Part shown: positions 27,595 to 41,262 of the stretch, piece by piece
Numbering within the stretch: the first letter of the stretch is position 1
How the letters are laid out: each line of letters opens with the position of its first letter
Source of the DNA: Paramecium tetraurelia
Taxonomy: Eukaryota
Assembly: GCA_000165425.1 (NCBI GenBank)
Contig: CT868019.1
Location: 248,001-312,000 of the forward strand
Length of the DNA stretch: 64,000 nucleotides
Reading direction: 5' to 3'
The notes under the pieces: generated by a model
What the model saw: the letters and a program-made list of their open reading frames with translations, nothing else
What the model was told of the DNA's origin: nothing
Database searches by the model: none
Made by a program: the position numbers and the translations under genes

Positions 27595-28233
27595 TCATTT
27601 TTTCTTTTATTCAATCTTCTTTATGTAGAATTCTCACTCTTTTCCTTCCAAAATATAACCATCAGCTCTTCCTGATTAACCTGGTCTCGAAGTTATTCTA
27701 ACCAACAATCTTTAATTGGCGAATTGTTCTTAGACTAATTAATCAATAACATTCTCTTTAGCTCTTTGTTCAAGTTTCTTAATGAGACTTTTCGACTTTT
27801 TTTGTTTATTCAACTGGTGCATCCTATAATAAATTACAATTAAAACCTTCTTCTTTTTTTATCCTAATTCCACATTATATTTTTTGGCATACCATTATTT
27901 AAATGTTGTTGCATCAATTTAGACAATTACTCCTCTTGTTAAGGTTTTTGTTCTCACTAATTCATTATTTGATGGATGATAAACAACTTCAACTATTTTT
28001 GCTTTTTTAGCAACTCCTTAACTTCCCCACGAGATGTTTCCATCGGATAAACGAAGTGCTCTGAATTTAAGGTTTCCTCCTCTCACTCTTATTCTTCTAA
28101 CTCGCTTTTCTCCTGACACTAATTTTGTCATTGCTGCCTGTCTTCCTTTCTCAAAAGCTCTCTTCTTTTTGTGAATAGGCATACGACCTCCTGTGAGTCT
28201 TCTCTTATGTCTACTATCCCTTGATATTCCCAT
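27595..28233 (-). CDS. RPS8: 40S ribosomal protein S8 (eS8)
   Basis: [16 protein letters not shown]...[14 protein letters not shown]...[18 protein letters not shown]. Confidence 0.97.
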
Positions 28234-28447
28234 TAGTTAATAAAAAAAGATTTTATTATATTTAAAATAATAAACACCACCATTCTCATATTCATGCTAC
28301 ATTACAATTTTATTGTGTCTCCACTTTGCTGTGTAATTTAGGAAATTAATTCCTATACTTGTATTTTGATCAGATACAACATTATCAATAAAGAAATGTT
28401 AAGAATTGAATAAAAAATAAATAATATTTATATTAATTTATTTAATT

Positions 28448-30973
28448 ATGAATGTTTCAAATTTCGTTCTTTGTTCATCAATTTTAACTTTATTACTAAA
28501 TCAATTAATGCGAACAATATATTTGAATTTGAATGAAGACAATTTCATTTTATTTACCTTAATCACAATATTAGCATTAATGATTGTTGTTGTAACAACG
28601 ATCATGATAAAAAAGTCAGCATTAAATATGCAGTACTTATAATTGATGATGATACTATATTTTTCCATAACTCAATTTGAAAGCTTTTATTATTAAATTG
28701 GCAATTCAACCCATTGTATTTTAACAATTTTACTATTTTTTGAAATGTATTTTATCAATACTTTAAAAACCAAACCTACTTAAATTATCACCTTTTCTAC
28801 TGTCATAATAATGATGTTAATATCCTCCATTAGCTTTTAAAGTGTTAAGACATTCAGCCTTGAATTTTTAATGGATCTTATAAATTAAAAAATCAATATT
28901 TGCATTTTTATTTTCTTCATTTACTAATTCTTAAATAATCAGCATGAATATAGAGCATTGGATCCGTAATCATAGAGGAAATCCAAATAATTAACACTCG
29001 ACTAGGTATTAGTCCTCTAAACACCAATAAATAATTCTATCTATGAATTATCGCATGGAATTGATATCAACTTTGGATAAAAAGAATTATTAGACCACAT
29101 CAATGAAGGAGTCATGATGGCCAAATTGCTATCTCCTGACGACAAAATCAGCAACTTGTAATTTAAATTTTAGAATTCAGCTGCTTAAGCGATGTTCTGC
29201 AAGGAGAATGATGAATTGCCTTTATTTTCTAGATTAACTGGAATGTGAAATACCAATGGAATCATGCTAATCACAATAAAATTATGCAAGCACTTCACCA
29301 CCTCATTAGGATAAATCAGATTATCAAAAGAAATTATTTGTATCTTAATCTAATTTTGGATTTAGTTTATAAGAGAAGAAATCATTTTCACCTAATTCCA
29401 AAATCGCATTTTTCTAATAGCAATAAAATTCTGATAGTGTAGTTCAAGTAAATAAATCGAATATTTCTTAGTGCAAGACTGTGTATTAACATTTGCTTTA
29501 ATTCGCAAGGTCAAACAAAAATTGTGTTGAAAACGAAGCATAATGTGAATCTCTGAAATTGTGTTGTACATTTGAAGATAATGGAAAACAAAAGTCAATA
29601 GAGTTTATTTGTTTATTAGGTTTAGGCAAGTAGATTATTATAATTACTCGAGATATAATTTATTTGAATTAATTAAAGGAGTTACTTTAAGTGAATCAGT
29701 AAAAATCTAATATGCTCAATTATGTTAGCCATGAATTTAGAACCCCCTTGAATTGCATTATCAATATTTTGTCAAGTGTTTTAGACAAGGTTTAGGTCAA
29801 TTAAGATCAATTGTTACATATAGCTTTGGAAAGTTCACAGCATCTTTTGAATCTGGCAAATGATTTACTTGATTTAGCCTAGATAAAGAATAATGTATTT
29901 AATTTATCAACTGAACAATTCAATGTCTGTCTATTAGCACAGGTGTGTTTAAATTCATTCCAAATTTAAGCTGATGCCTAAAATGTGAAGATATCCTTAG
30001 CAGCAACTTCAGATTCATTATTTATTAAATCAGATAAGAATAGAATAAAATAAATTTTAATAAATTTGATTGGGAATGCTCTCAAATTTACATATGATGG
30101 TAAAATTGAAATAGTATTGAGACAATACGATTAATTTATTGATATTGGTGTTAGAGACACAGGTATTGGAATATCTTAGGAAAACATTAGTAAACTATTC
30201 AAGGCTTTTGGTAAAGTTGACAATGATAAGTCCAAATCAATGAATTAATAGGGAGTTGGATTAGGATTACTTATTAGTAATAAGATTGCCAAGCAATTAA
30301 GTGCTGACAATCAAGGAATCAAGGTTTAATCAACTGAAATGAAATATGAGAATCATGGTTCATATTTCTACTTTACTGTTAAGATGGAATCTCATAGGCA
30401 ACATAAGTTATTAAGTTATAAGCCTCCATAAAAATAAATCAATTTATCATCTCCATTTATCCCGTCAGAAGGAACATAAAAGAAAAAATCATTTACGTAT
30501 ACAAGCATTGAGTAAAGATTAAGTCCTGAGAGAATCAAAGAAACTAAATGTTTCCATATTTTGATAGTTGATGATAATGTTTTTAATTTAGCTGTATTAG
30601 GGATGATGATTAATGAATATTTTCAAAATGAAATCTATTTACAATTATCAATAGAGAAGGCAAACAATGGAACCCAAGCAGTTGGTTTGGCTTTTTATAA
30701 ATGTAATGAAAATTGCTAAGGTTTTTCATTAATATTTATGGATATGGAAATGCCAGGATTAAATGGAGTAGATGCATCAAAGATTATCTTAGCAAAAAAT
30801 AATTAATAGAGAATCATAATTCTAACTGGGTATATTTTAATTTGATTGTTAGCAATAACTTAAGTCAATAAGAAATTAAAGAATTAAAATCAATCGGAAT
30901 ATTCGATTACATAATTAAGCCTATACAAAAATCTAAGTTACAAAGTATTCTTGAACAATTTGTTACAGATTGA
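28448..30973 (+). CDS. Membrane-bound hybrid histidine kinase (TM-HisKA-HATPase-REC)
   Basis: H-box YVSHEFRTPLNCI, N-box QILINLIGNALKFT, G1 VRDTGIGI, G2 GVGLGL; receiver ILIVDDN...FMDMEMPGLNG...IIKP. Confidence 0.92.
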
Positions 30974-31348
30974 GCTAACTTTATTATATTTAGTAATAGT
31001 ATTAATAGTTGTTTTATAATAATATCATTATTATTAAGGACTCAGTTTGATGTATTATCATTGATAAGATTATTTGAAATTTAAATGTCTTTGAATCTGA
31101 GATTAAAATAACTTATTCAAGGTCCAATAAGTTATTTTTAGATATAATATTAAATTATTTAGTATTCACTATTTTCTTTTGGAAAAGAATGTATTAATCA
31201 AGATTTTCAAAACATATAAGCATCAATGTTTATCTTGGTTTCTTATTGATAATGACAGAAATACATAATTATTTATTAACATTATAAATTATATCTGTCT
31301 TATGAATTAAATTTATTTCAAATTAAAAACCATTTCAAAAAGTGAAAT

Positions 31349-32646
31349 ATGAGTTAAAATGATGATAATTCAAGTCTCTCAGAAATAAATAAAACTCTAG
31401 AAGATAGAAAGGATTTTGTATTTATTTCAAGTATTTTTATACTCACAAGCTCAATTACTACTTATTTTTATGCGACATTAATCAAGCAATTTTTATCTCT
31501 TGGTTTGATGCCTTTTGAGTTAAAGTTATTCGAATTGCTCCTTATACCATAATATCTCAAAATATTAATTTGTCCTATATTAGATACCTTTTTCATAAGA
31601 AAATTTGGAAGAAGGAAAACTTATATAATTCTAATATTATTTCTGTTAGCAATTTATTGTATCGTACTTAGCATAACTTATGAAGGATTAATTACAAATT
31701 TAAAATTGCAAACTGTTCGTAATTTAGCACTTCTTCAACTTATTCTAGTTTTAATTTTAGAAATTGCAGCCGAAGCTTGGATTGTTGATTATGTTTATGA
31801 TGATAACTATAAATTTGCTGCAGCCATCAAATACTCAGTCACTTTCATCAGTTCTACAATAACAACTGAAATTTTCCATTCTTCTGGAACTTACTTTAGT
31901 ATAGTGTCTGTATTCTCAATTATTATGCTCATTTACACATATTAATACAAAACTGAAAACGATTAGTATTAGTCAAAAATGAGGATTAAGTCATTATGCA
32001 AGAGACTAAAGACTTTTTATGAATAGATTTTCGAGAGGAGCTATTAAATTAAACTCTTTTTTTTATTTTCATCAATGATTGGTTTTGGATATGCAGAAGA
32101 TATAATTGAATAAGTAATTCTGCAATAGGATTTCATGAGCTTGAATCAAATAAAATTTTAATGGACGATCATAATTTGCATAATTTTATCACTTAGTGTC
32201 GTAACTTTAATATTAATGAAATTCAAGATAGCTCCAATATATTTAATAGTAGTAATCTTAAGAAATTTAAATAATTTCTTTTTATCAATTTGTTACAACT
32301 ACTTTCCTTCGAAATTAGATGTATATTTATGTTTTTATAATAGAATATCATTTCAATATATAAATTAATGGAAGAATCATCTAAAGCTATGCATTTCACA
32401 TTGCTATATATTTTGATTTACGATAGTACTAAATAAAAATTGAGTGCAACTATGATGATTGCTTTTTTATTGGTAGTAAAATTAGGACAAGATGGAAATC
32501 GATTACTATCAAACTATTTATATAATTCATTTGGATCTCCAGCAGATGCAATAATCGGAGTTATTATTTAGAGCTTTAATTTAATATTTGCAGTAGATTA
32601 TCGCGATGCCATATTTTATAAATGATAATCATTTAGTAAAGTTTGA
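31349..32646 (+). CDS. MFS transporter, acetyl-CoA transporter (SLC33A1)/AmpG-like
   Basis: LKILICPILDTFFIRKFGRRKTY family motif; about 11-12 TM segments. Confidence 0.72.
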
Positions 32647-33044
32647 TTTAGCTATACTTAATAATTCTTACTACTTTTAGACTTTTAGGTTTTTTATTTA
32701 ATATTAAATTAAATACATCTTCTATGTTCACCTTATAAAAGATCTTATATCAATTATTGTGAACATTTTTTGTTCATTTTACTATTCTTATTTATTCAAT
32801 TAAGAAACATTAGGAATAATTGGTATTACTAAACTTTACAATAGAAATAAGTAATTATTTTTCATATATTATCTCTTCTAAAATTAATGTTCACTTCTGA
32901 AGTAGACTTAATTTATTACATATAATCTTAAAGTGCAACTTGATTAATTAATATTATTTAACATAGGGTATTTTTTTTAAATCAGAAGGTAGTAGATTTT
33001 TTTATTAAATTCATATTCATATTCGTTATTATTTATTATTTATT

Positions 33045-34247
33045 ATGAATTTAAGGCCATTTATTAAAACACACATTAAGACTATAATGACAAATTTTGA
33101 CGTTTAGAGGGGACCCTTTGATTCCTTTTTAAGAGAATACTACAAAAATAACAAAACTCTTGGACCATCTGAGCGCTCAATAATTTCTTAAACTGCATTT
33201 GATCTCGTAAGAAATGATCTTCTTCTCTCTCATTTTACAAAAGATGTGGATAGGAAATGTGATTTATTATCACATATATCTAATTATGAAAACGACCAAA
33301 ATATTCCACTGTAAGATTATATTTTGATCAATTACAAAGGAATATTCGATGTAGCTGTCCAGAGATGTAAAAATACATTCTATTTCAGACTCTTCCAATT
33401 GGTTTCTGATTAATATGGCTAAAAAAGAGCATATGAGTTCTTTATGGCACTTAACACCAAGGCCCCGTTGACAATACGCATAAATCCAATTAAAACCACA
33501 AGAGAGAAAGTAATTTTCTTACTACTGAATATCTTTAGTTAATGTAAGAGATGAATCACCTTTATTTCAAAAAGACCTTAACATCGCCGTATGGGTTAAT
33601 AATAAGCAAGGAAAATAATGTAAATTTGAGTGATACAGATTAATTTAAAGAAGGACTATTTGAAATACAAGATGAGGCCTCATAAATCTGTGCCCTTAGA
33701 GTCTAATGTAGGCCTAATGATAAAGTGCTGGATTATTGTGCTGGATCTGGAGGAAAAACTTTGGCATTTGCTCATCAAATGGAAGGTAAAGGTGTGATTG
33801 AGATCAATGATACCAGAAGTGAAGCACTATCTAAAGCAAAAATTAGATTAAGAAGAGCAGGTATCATGAATTATAGTTTCTTTACAAAGAAGTTCAAATA
33901 TGATTGGATCTTATTAGATGTTCCTTGTACAGGTTTAGGAACTTTGAGAAGAAATCCGGACTCAAAATATAGATTTTCTTAGGGAAGATTGGATGGTATA
34001 TATATGAATTGAAGTAGATTTAATAAAATTGCAATAAGACATATTTGATTAAGCAATAAGATATTTAAAATAGGATGGAGTTATTGTTTATACAACTTGT
34101 AGTTTTTTGAAGGACGAGAATTAGAATCAAGTGAAGCATTTTTGCAAGAAATATAATTTAAGTGTGGTGGATAACGATTACTTCTAAAGCTTGCCTGAAA
34201 AAGGGGGAATGGATGGCTTCTTTAGTATTAGTTTGAAAAAAAATTGA
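33045..34247 (+). CDS. RsmB/NOP2/Sun-family RNA m5C methyltransferase, bacterial-type
   Basis: FEIQDEASQ, VLDYCAGSGGKT, LLDVPCTGLGTLRRNPD, VYTTCS, ENQNQV, MDGFF; four short introns. Confidence 0.9.
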
Positions 34248-34384
34248 GTATGAATATAATAATATGATGCTGATTTTAAATTGATCGATGTTCCCTTAGA
34301 TATTGAGGGGGAGTTTATGGAGAGTGGAGAGAATCTATACAATAGTTATTAATACAAAATTTAAAATTATATTTAAATCTTTTT

Positions 34385-34991
34385 ATGGGTAAAAACTATA
34401 GAAACAGATCAAAGACATCTGCCACACCACGAAAACCATTCGAAAAGGAACGTCTTGATAATGAGTAATATTAATGAATAATTAGATTGCAAATCATTGG
34501 TAAGTATGGATTGAAGAATAAAAGAGAAGTTTGGAGAGTTCAACTTACATTAGCCAGAATCAGAAAGGCTGCCAGAGAATTATTGACTCTTGATCCAAAG
34601 GACCCAAGAAGATTGTTCGAAGGAGAAGCCTTGATTAGAAGAATGGTTCGCTTTGGTTTGTTGAGTGAATAAGAGAGAAAGTTGGATTATGTCTTAGGTT
34701 TGACTACATAAAAAATGATGGAGAGAAGACTCTAAACCTTTGTTTTCAAAAGCAATCAAGCATCATCAATTCATCATGCCAGAACCTTAATTAGATAAAG
34801 ACACTTTAGGTATAATTGACATTTGATCATATCATAGAGTTGGAAAGAGATTAGTAAATTCCCCATCATTCCTTGTTAGAGTGGAAAGTGAAAAATTAGT
34901 TGATTTCGCAGTCACCTCTCCATTTGGATAAGGTAGAGAAGGAAGAAGAAAGAGAAAGAACTCAAAAAGAAAGCAACCAAAAGAAGAATGA
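34385..34991 (+). CDS. RPS9: 40S ribosomal protein S9 (uS4)
   Basis: [32 protein letters not shown]...[13 protein letters not shown]; two introns. Confidence 0.97.
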
Positions 34992-35051
34992 TCATTGTTA
35001 TAATATACATTCAATAAGTACATTCTTATATTTTTCAAATACATTTTTGAA

Positions 35052-35359
35052 TCAATCTGCTTGCAAATCTATTGCATATAAACCTGGATGGATGTTTTAT
35101 TGATTTACTAATTTCTTAACCACCCAACTTTTCGAAGGTTTCATCACACATATCAAACTACTGCTCAAAACTCTAATTACCCAGTGAATAGTTTTGTCTA
35201 ATCAGCACTGCATCCATTAAAACATTAAGAATTTTTATTCCATTGTTCTTGGGTGAGAATAAAGCCGCAACATTGACAAGCTCTCAAGTCCTTCGTTTGC
35301 TTTGGAATTGTGAAAGCCTTTTCATCAGATGACTCCTATCCTGAATCAGATTAATTCAT
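35052..35359 (-). CDS. SPT4: Transcription elongation factor Spt4 (94 aa)
   Basis: DLRACQCCGFILTQEQW...CFNGC...FTGLICVMKPSKSWVVK...HPGLYAI; one 23-nt intron. Confidence 0.88.
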
Positions 35360-35661
35360 TCTTAGATTTTATATAAATTAATTACATAATTATGTCAATC
35401 TATGATTTTTTAGATTTTCTCATCTATTATTGTTTCTGATTACAAATTAAATTTCAAATTAGCACCTTAAAGTATAACTGTTGATTTGGAAATAGTCAAA
35501 GTATGAGCAACACTTAACTATTTTTAGATCAAAATTAAAATGGCATTTAGATTTCCTTTACTTGTTGTTGTTTATATTAAACAGTTCATTTGTATTTATT
35601 TATTTTCATGATTAAAGTGTTATAACAAACATAGAAGTAATCATTTTTATTATTATATTCA

Positions 35662-37113
35662 ATGATGAATCCTTATACTCTTCACTTCTTAGATAAATAA
35701 TTAGAAGAATAATATCAAGAGGCCAGAATAAGGTAAGTCTTAAGACGAATTTTTCAAATTGTGGTGCTCGGCACATTCCTTCTTCATGGCATGAAAATTA
35801 TTTATGATTTGGCTCTCGATAAACCAAATAAACCCTACATTAATATTGGATTTATTGTTTGGACAATTATTGCTTAGATCACTATCAAAATTAACAAGAA
35901 GTTAATAAAATTAGTCATAACTATCTCTAATATATCAACGCTAGTTTTACAAATGAATTTTGATACAAGTTATTCTCTGCCCCAAGATTATTATCAATTC
36001 GGATGCAATATAACTTAACTTTAATCTGTCCTTTATTTCTTAAGTGACTTTTTATATGCTTTTGTTTCTGTGATTTTTCACACAGTAGCCAGAATGGTGA
36101 TTACTTCATATTACACTTAAAGAGTTGATGTTTAGGATTATTGTTTCTCAATTTTATGCGTTGCATTTGTCGTATCTATACTCTACAAAAATGATATCAA
36201 TTCTAGAAAGCACTTTTTATTACGATTAAAAGAAGAACAGATTGACGACAAATTAATAAAATTAGTAAAATCACCATTTTTCTAATTTGATATTAAGTGT
36301 GATTTATAACAAATAAATTTGTAATAAGTTAAACACATAGAATAATTTGAGTTTGGGAGAGAAGACTTTTGCGATGGATGTAATTTCAGAAATCTACTTA
36401 GAGACATCTTCATTGATAAAAACACAACTTTGGAATAATAATTATTATAGAATCATGAACAAGAGCAAATTTACAAAGTCAAATATATTCACAATCATCA
36501 AAAAATGTCGATGGACATTTATTTTTGTAATTTAGGAATAGAATGCTCTAAGTATATTTTGATTTTGGAGAATATCAAAACCAATTAAACCATCAGAAAA
36601 CCATAAACTCATTCCGTTGAAGATGCTTGGAGTTAGATCAAAGCATAAATTAAAAGAATTTCTAAATAACATTTTAATTTAAGAATCTTTTATTTTGGTG
36701 TACTTTCTACTATTAAGATAAATGACACTCTGATAAATTACTTAAATTTAAAAAGATAATTTAAAAAATTTAGTTAGCTCCTCAAATGCCAAGGCTTTCT
36801 AGATATAAAAGGAGAGAACAAAATTATTGTCTAAACTTATGGAAATTAACTCAATATTTGGATCATCTAAGTTTTACTAATTATATAACAAATTACAATA
36901 AATAGAAAATAGAAATCTTTTATATTTTTAGAGATGCAAGATGATGTGATATTAATAAAATTCATATTGAAAGATCCTTCCTCTTTTATACTGAATTATT
37001 ATCGTAATTTTTTCATCAAATAGATATCCTCATAATTATTTTCTTATAACTTAAACTCCAAATTGGAACTTAATTTGATTAAAAATATTTAGCAAGCATT
37101 TGATATAATATGA
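35662..37113 (+). CDS. Paramecium-type multi-TM protein (483 aa)
   Basis: Intronless 1452-nt frame MMNPYTLHFLDKQLEEQYQ, then about 6 TM segments and a soluble C-terminus with CDGCNFR. Confidence 0.7.
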
Positions 37114-37384
37114 AATTTATAATTTATCATTTAAATAATAATTCAATAATAATATTAAATTGGAGTTTTGAGTAAAAATGATATCTTATTTTCTTATATC
37201 GAAATTCATCAAAATTATCAAATTCTTTAAATAATTCTATCTCTTAAAACAATATCAATTTAGGGTTTCTCAATTGTTTACCTACAACTAAAGTTATTTT
37301 ATATGAAAAGGTTGTGTTTGTAAATTAAGAGCAATTTTCAATAATTAGATATATATATTATTTATCCTAATAATCGAATAATAT

Positions 37385-38911
37385 TCATTTTTATTAGAAA
37401 TTAACAGGATTGAAAGGTGGTTATAAACCTTGTGGAATACCTGTTGGAAAACCTAGCAAAGTTGTTCGAGGATCCTAATTAATATTAAATAATTAAACTA
37501 CTTTTGGCTGTTAAGGCTGTTAAGGCTGCAGATGCTGTTAATTTATTACTTTCAAAAGGTCTTAGTCGTCAATTTTGTAGAGTTCAAAGTATTCAATATC
37601 AAAATATTTTCCATTAGCTAAATAGGATTCAGAATTGCCGATCTTATATTCTTATCCTTTTAGGTCAAATGCTTCCCCTAAATTTGATGAGCATTTTAAA
37701 AAATCATTTGGAATTTGTAAATCTTATCCAAACGTCAGAGTTGGTGATTATATCTCATGTTCTGCCATTTTTAACTCAAATCCTTATTTAACAGGTAAAA
37801 ATATGCCTTTTGTTAGATTAAATAAGAGCGACTTGCCTTTTTGTTTCGCATTGTAATAAAATCCTATGTTCTAATAAAAATAATAATTGTTTTTACTTAA
37901 TCTGTAGAGGTTTTAATTAAAGCAATAATGACATTATTTTTTAAATCATCCTTAAATTGATAAAGATTATTTAGCAAGTTCAATTTTGAGGATTAAATTA
38001 GGGGTTTTAATTTATCAGTTAATAGATGCTACATTTTTTGTGGTTCATTGTTAAAATCTTTATCTTCTTTTATTTATTGGAAAACCTTAAATATGAAACC
38101 TTTATTTGCAATTTGAGTTTGATTAAAGGAATTAACTGTAATATAAGACTCTTATAATTCAGTCAAGGATCTTTCAATCATCTATTAATAAGAGTCCCAA
38201 ATATTTAAATTAATACTTAAGTTATTAATAATATTTACTAAAAGGGTTGACTTTTCCTCAAGTTATCTACTTTTTGTACAATTTTATCATCTTTGAATTC
38301 ATCATTTTTTTAAGTCACAACTACTTTCTTGACAAATGCTGCAAGTGATTATTTTAAATTTTTTTTAGATTATTCATCATTGCTTTAGTATGTTGATAAA
38401 CAATTTTTAAAATTGTCATACTCAGCTTTTATTTTTTATTCTGGATCAATAAATGTCACTACTTTTTCCTTATAATGCTTTTAGTGCAATTCAAGTTTCT
38501 TTTTCAACTCTTCTTTAATTTAATCACATTTATAGATAATTATTTCTTTAAGTTTTTCTACCATCTTTGTTTATTTAATAATCTATAAATACTTCATCTA
38601 TATCGTCTGCCTTAATATTGAAACCCTATTCCTTTATGTATTTACAATAGTAATTAAGATTAGAGCAATAATCATTCTTAAAATTTTCATATACATTCTT
38701 CCAATCATTGAAAGTCTAATAATATTAATAATAAAGTTACATCATGGATTTTAAAATAACTTATCTTATCTTTGATTTCATTTAAATATTTTTTCGATGC
38801 AAAAATTGGATCCTTATTAGGAACCATTACAACATATTTTGCTTTCTTTTTTTTATGCTATTCACACCAAATCGTTTATGGCACAGGCTGAACTTTATCT
38901 AATTAGTCCAT
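37385..38911 (-). CDS. Coiled-coil protein with C-terminal TLDc-like domain
   Basis: N-terminal CEQH, coiled coil, then SLLFNLTK...TFGQDLQI...CSSNLG...FDIEYFELY resembling the TLDc C-terminus; QQP-rich tail. Confidence 0.55.
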
Positions 38912-39309
38912 TTTAATAGAATTTGAATTTAATTTATTTAATGTATATTTTCCTGATTAAAATAAAATAAGAAGCTCATTAATAGAATTACAACTAACTA
39001 GACTTAGATTTAATCTAAATACGGAATCTCAATGTTTAGTAATTACAATAAAGTCGAGCATGAAAGTGTAGACTATCATAATTGATATAATAAGGAAATG
39101 AAAGAGTTGATTTTTAAATTATAAAAGACATTAATTTCATATTCTGAATGATCTATTATTCACAAAGCTTTATAACTAAAAATAATGATTAAAATTTCCA
39201 TGTACAAATTTGTACTTATTGATTAAAAATGAGACTGAGTATAGATTATTCTGATTTTATTAAGGGTCAACCCTTGATATTAATATTATTTATCTTATAA
39301 TTATTATTA

Positions 39310-41075
39310 ATGACTGAGAAATTGTAATTGCCTCTTTAATAACTTTATGATCCTATCATGATAATGTTTAAATAGATTGAGGGTTATGAACAACTTTTTT
39401 AAGAGTTAGAAGCAAGATAAAAGGAATCTAGGAAAAATAAATTTGTCATCGAAAAGTTGATAGCTATGCAAGATAAAAAATAAGTATCTGTATAGAATTT
39501 ATTCAGTAATTAGAAAAAGAGAAGGTGGAATTCGATTCATTATACTAGAAATCTCATTTGACGAGAGAATAACATAAGCATTTAATTAGTCAAGATATTG
39601 AAGTTGATCAAGAGTTTTACTAAATTTATAAAATCCTAGATGAATAAGAAACCCTAGCAAAAGAGCTTGTCAATTATGATGATCCATAAGGACAGGGACC
39701 ATCACCATTGAGAGGATCTTTAATTGAGAATATTGACATCATTAGATCAGCTGCATTAAGTAAAATAATAGCACATCTAAAGAAACATTATGAAATGATT
39801 ACTATTGAAGAGTTAAAAGAAATTAACGAGCTATTTTACAATAAAGTGAATGAATAAATCGTTTTTGTATTGAGGTATAAATTCAGCAATCATCTCATAC
39901 CTCTGTTAGCAGGCATCAATTCAACCGATGAATCATCAATAAAGAACTTTTTCAAAACACTCGACTATGAAATACAGTAAAAATAATTGCTTAAACAAGA
40001 TAATCCTTTAAACATACAGAGCAAATCTTTGAAAAGGGTGCTGCTACAATCTTTCCCTAAATAATCGATAATATATGTTCTGATTACGCTTAATAGTTGG
40101 ATGCAACTTTGAAATTTGTCGAAAGCTATTTTTTAAGTAATAAATCAAACAATATGGTTAGTTTATGAGGTAAACATACAAATCTAATAAATCATCAATT
40201 TCTTGAAATCTACAAATGCTCAAATGCAATGTATTAATGGATTAGTTAAATTGCAATAACTTTGTTCTCAATTAAAAACCAAAAGTGTTCAAATTATGTC
40301 CCATAACTTATAAGTCATTAGGTTTAATATCGCATAATTCTCATCTTATTAGCCTCTAAAAGATTAATTAGAATAATTGTATGATTTTTTAAAGAAAAGC
40401 AATTCAGAAGAAAGACAAGAAATATTATCAAATCTTTGGTAACCATTTTAATAGCTGATTCAGATGAAATTAAATCAGAATAGTTATAATAGATCATCAA
40501 AGATATTTTCAATTAATGCCTTATAAATTTATATAAGTCAACTTCAAGGGATGAAAATTCAAGAAATTTAAGAGACTATTGATAACTACATTAAAGAATG
40601 CCAATAACTTTTGGTTGATTTAATTTAAAAATTAAAGACAGAAAATGTTTCAGAAAGTGCTTAGAAATTTAAAGTTCAATAGAGAGAGAAGAATAATTAA
40701 TTGTCAAAGGATTAGTTTAAAAAGTTCTTGAGATAGATAGTGTAATTAGATGAAAATGGGTTTAGGAATGACTTATTTTATGAAATTGATTTGATTATCA
40801 ATGAGCAAATTAAGTCATAGATATAACTGGATATTGCTGAAAGTATTAAATTAATATAGTTTTTTAAATTAGCCTTTACAAAAGAGTACTATGAACCATT
40901 ATATGAGAACCTCTTGAAATATTTAAATAATCAATAGAGCGAGTTTACGACTGAGGTCATTTAGCAACTATGTTCATAATATTCAGTCACCACCAAGGAT
41001 ATATATAAAATACCAGCTTATATAAGAGATCCTGTTTCTTATAAATTGAATATAATGAATTTTTAGAGTTTATGA
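39310..41075 (+). CDS. Helical protein, tentatively COG6-like
   Basis: HLTREQHKHL...EVDQEFYQIY...LIENIDIIRSAALSKI resembles the COG6 N-terminal pattern; recognition is weak. Confidence 0.45.
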
Positions 41076-41262
41076 TGTATTAAGCATATAAAATGTGACA
41101 ATTTTAGTAATTTACAAATGGATTGATAATCTCGATTCTTGCCTTAATCTTTGATTGTTATAAGGATGGGAATAGACGTATGGGGAAATAGCGGGAATAA
41201 ATAATGTTTATTCTACTGAATAATATTTATTAGTGTTTTCAATTAATTTTAATCGTTAACAG

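Noticed and set aside
37506..37530. Short tandem repeat (ggctgttaa)
   Set aside because: Simply encodes QQP repeats in the TLDc-like gene
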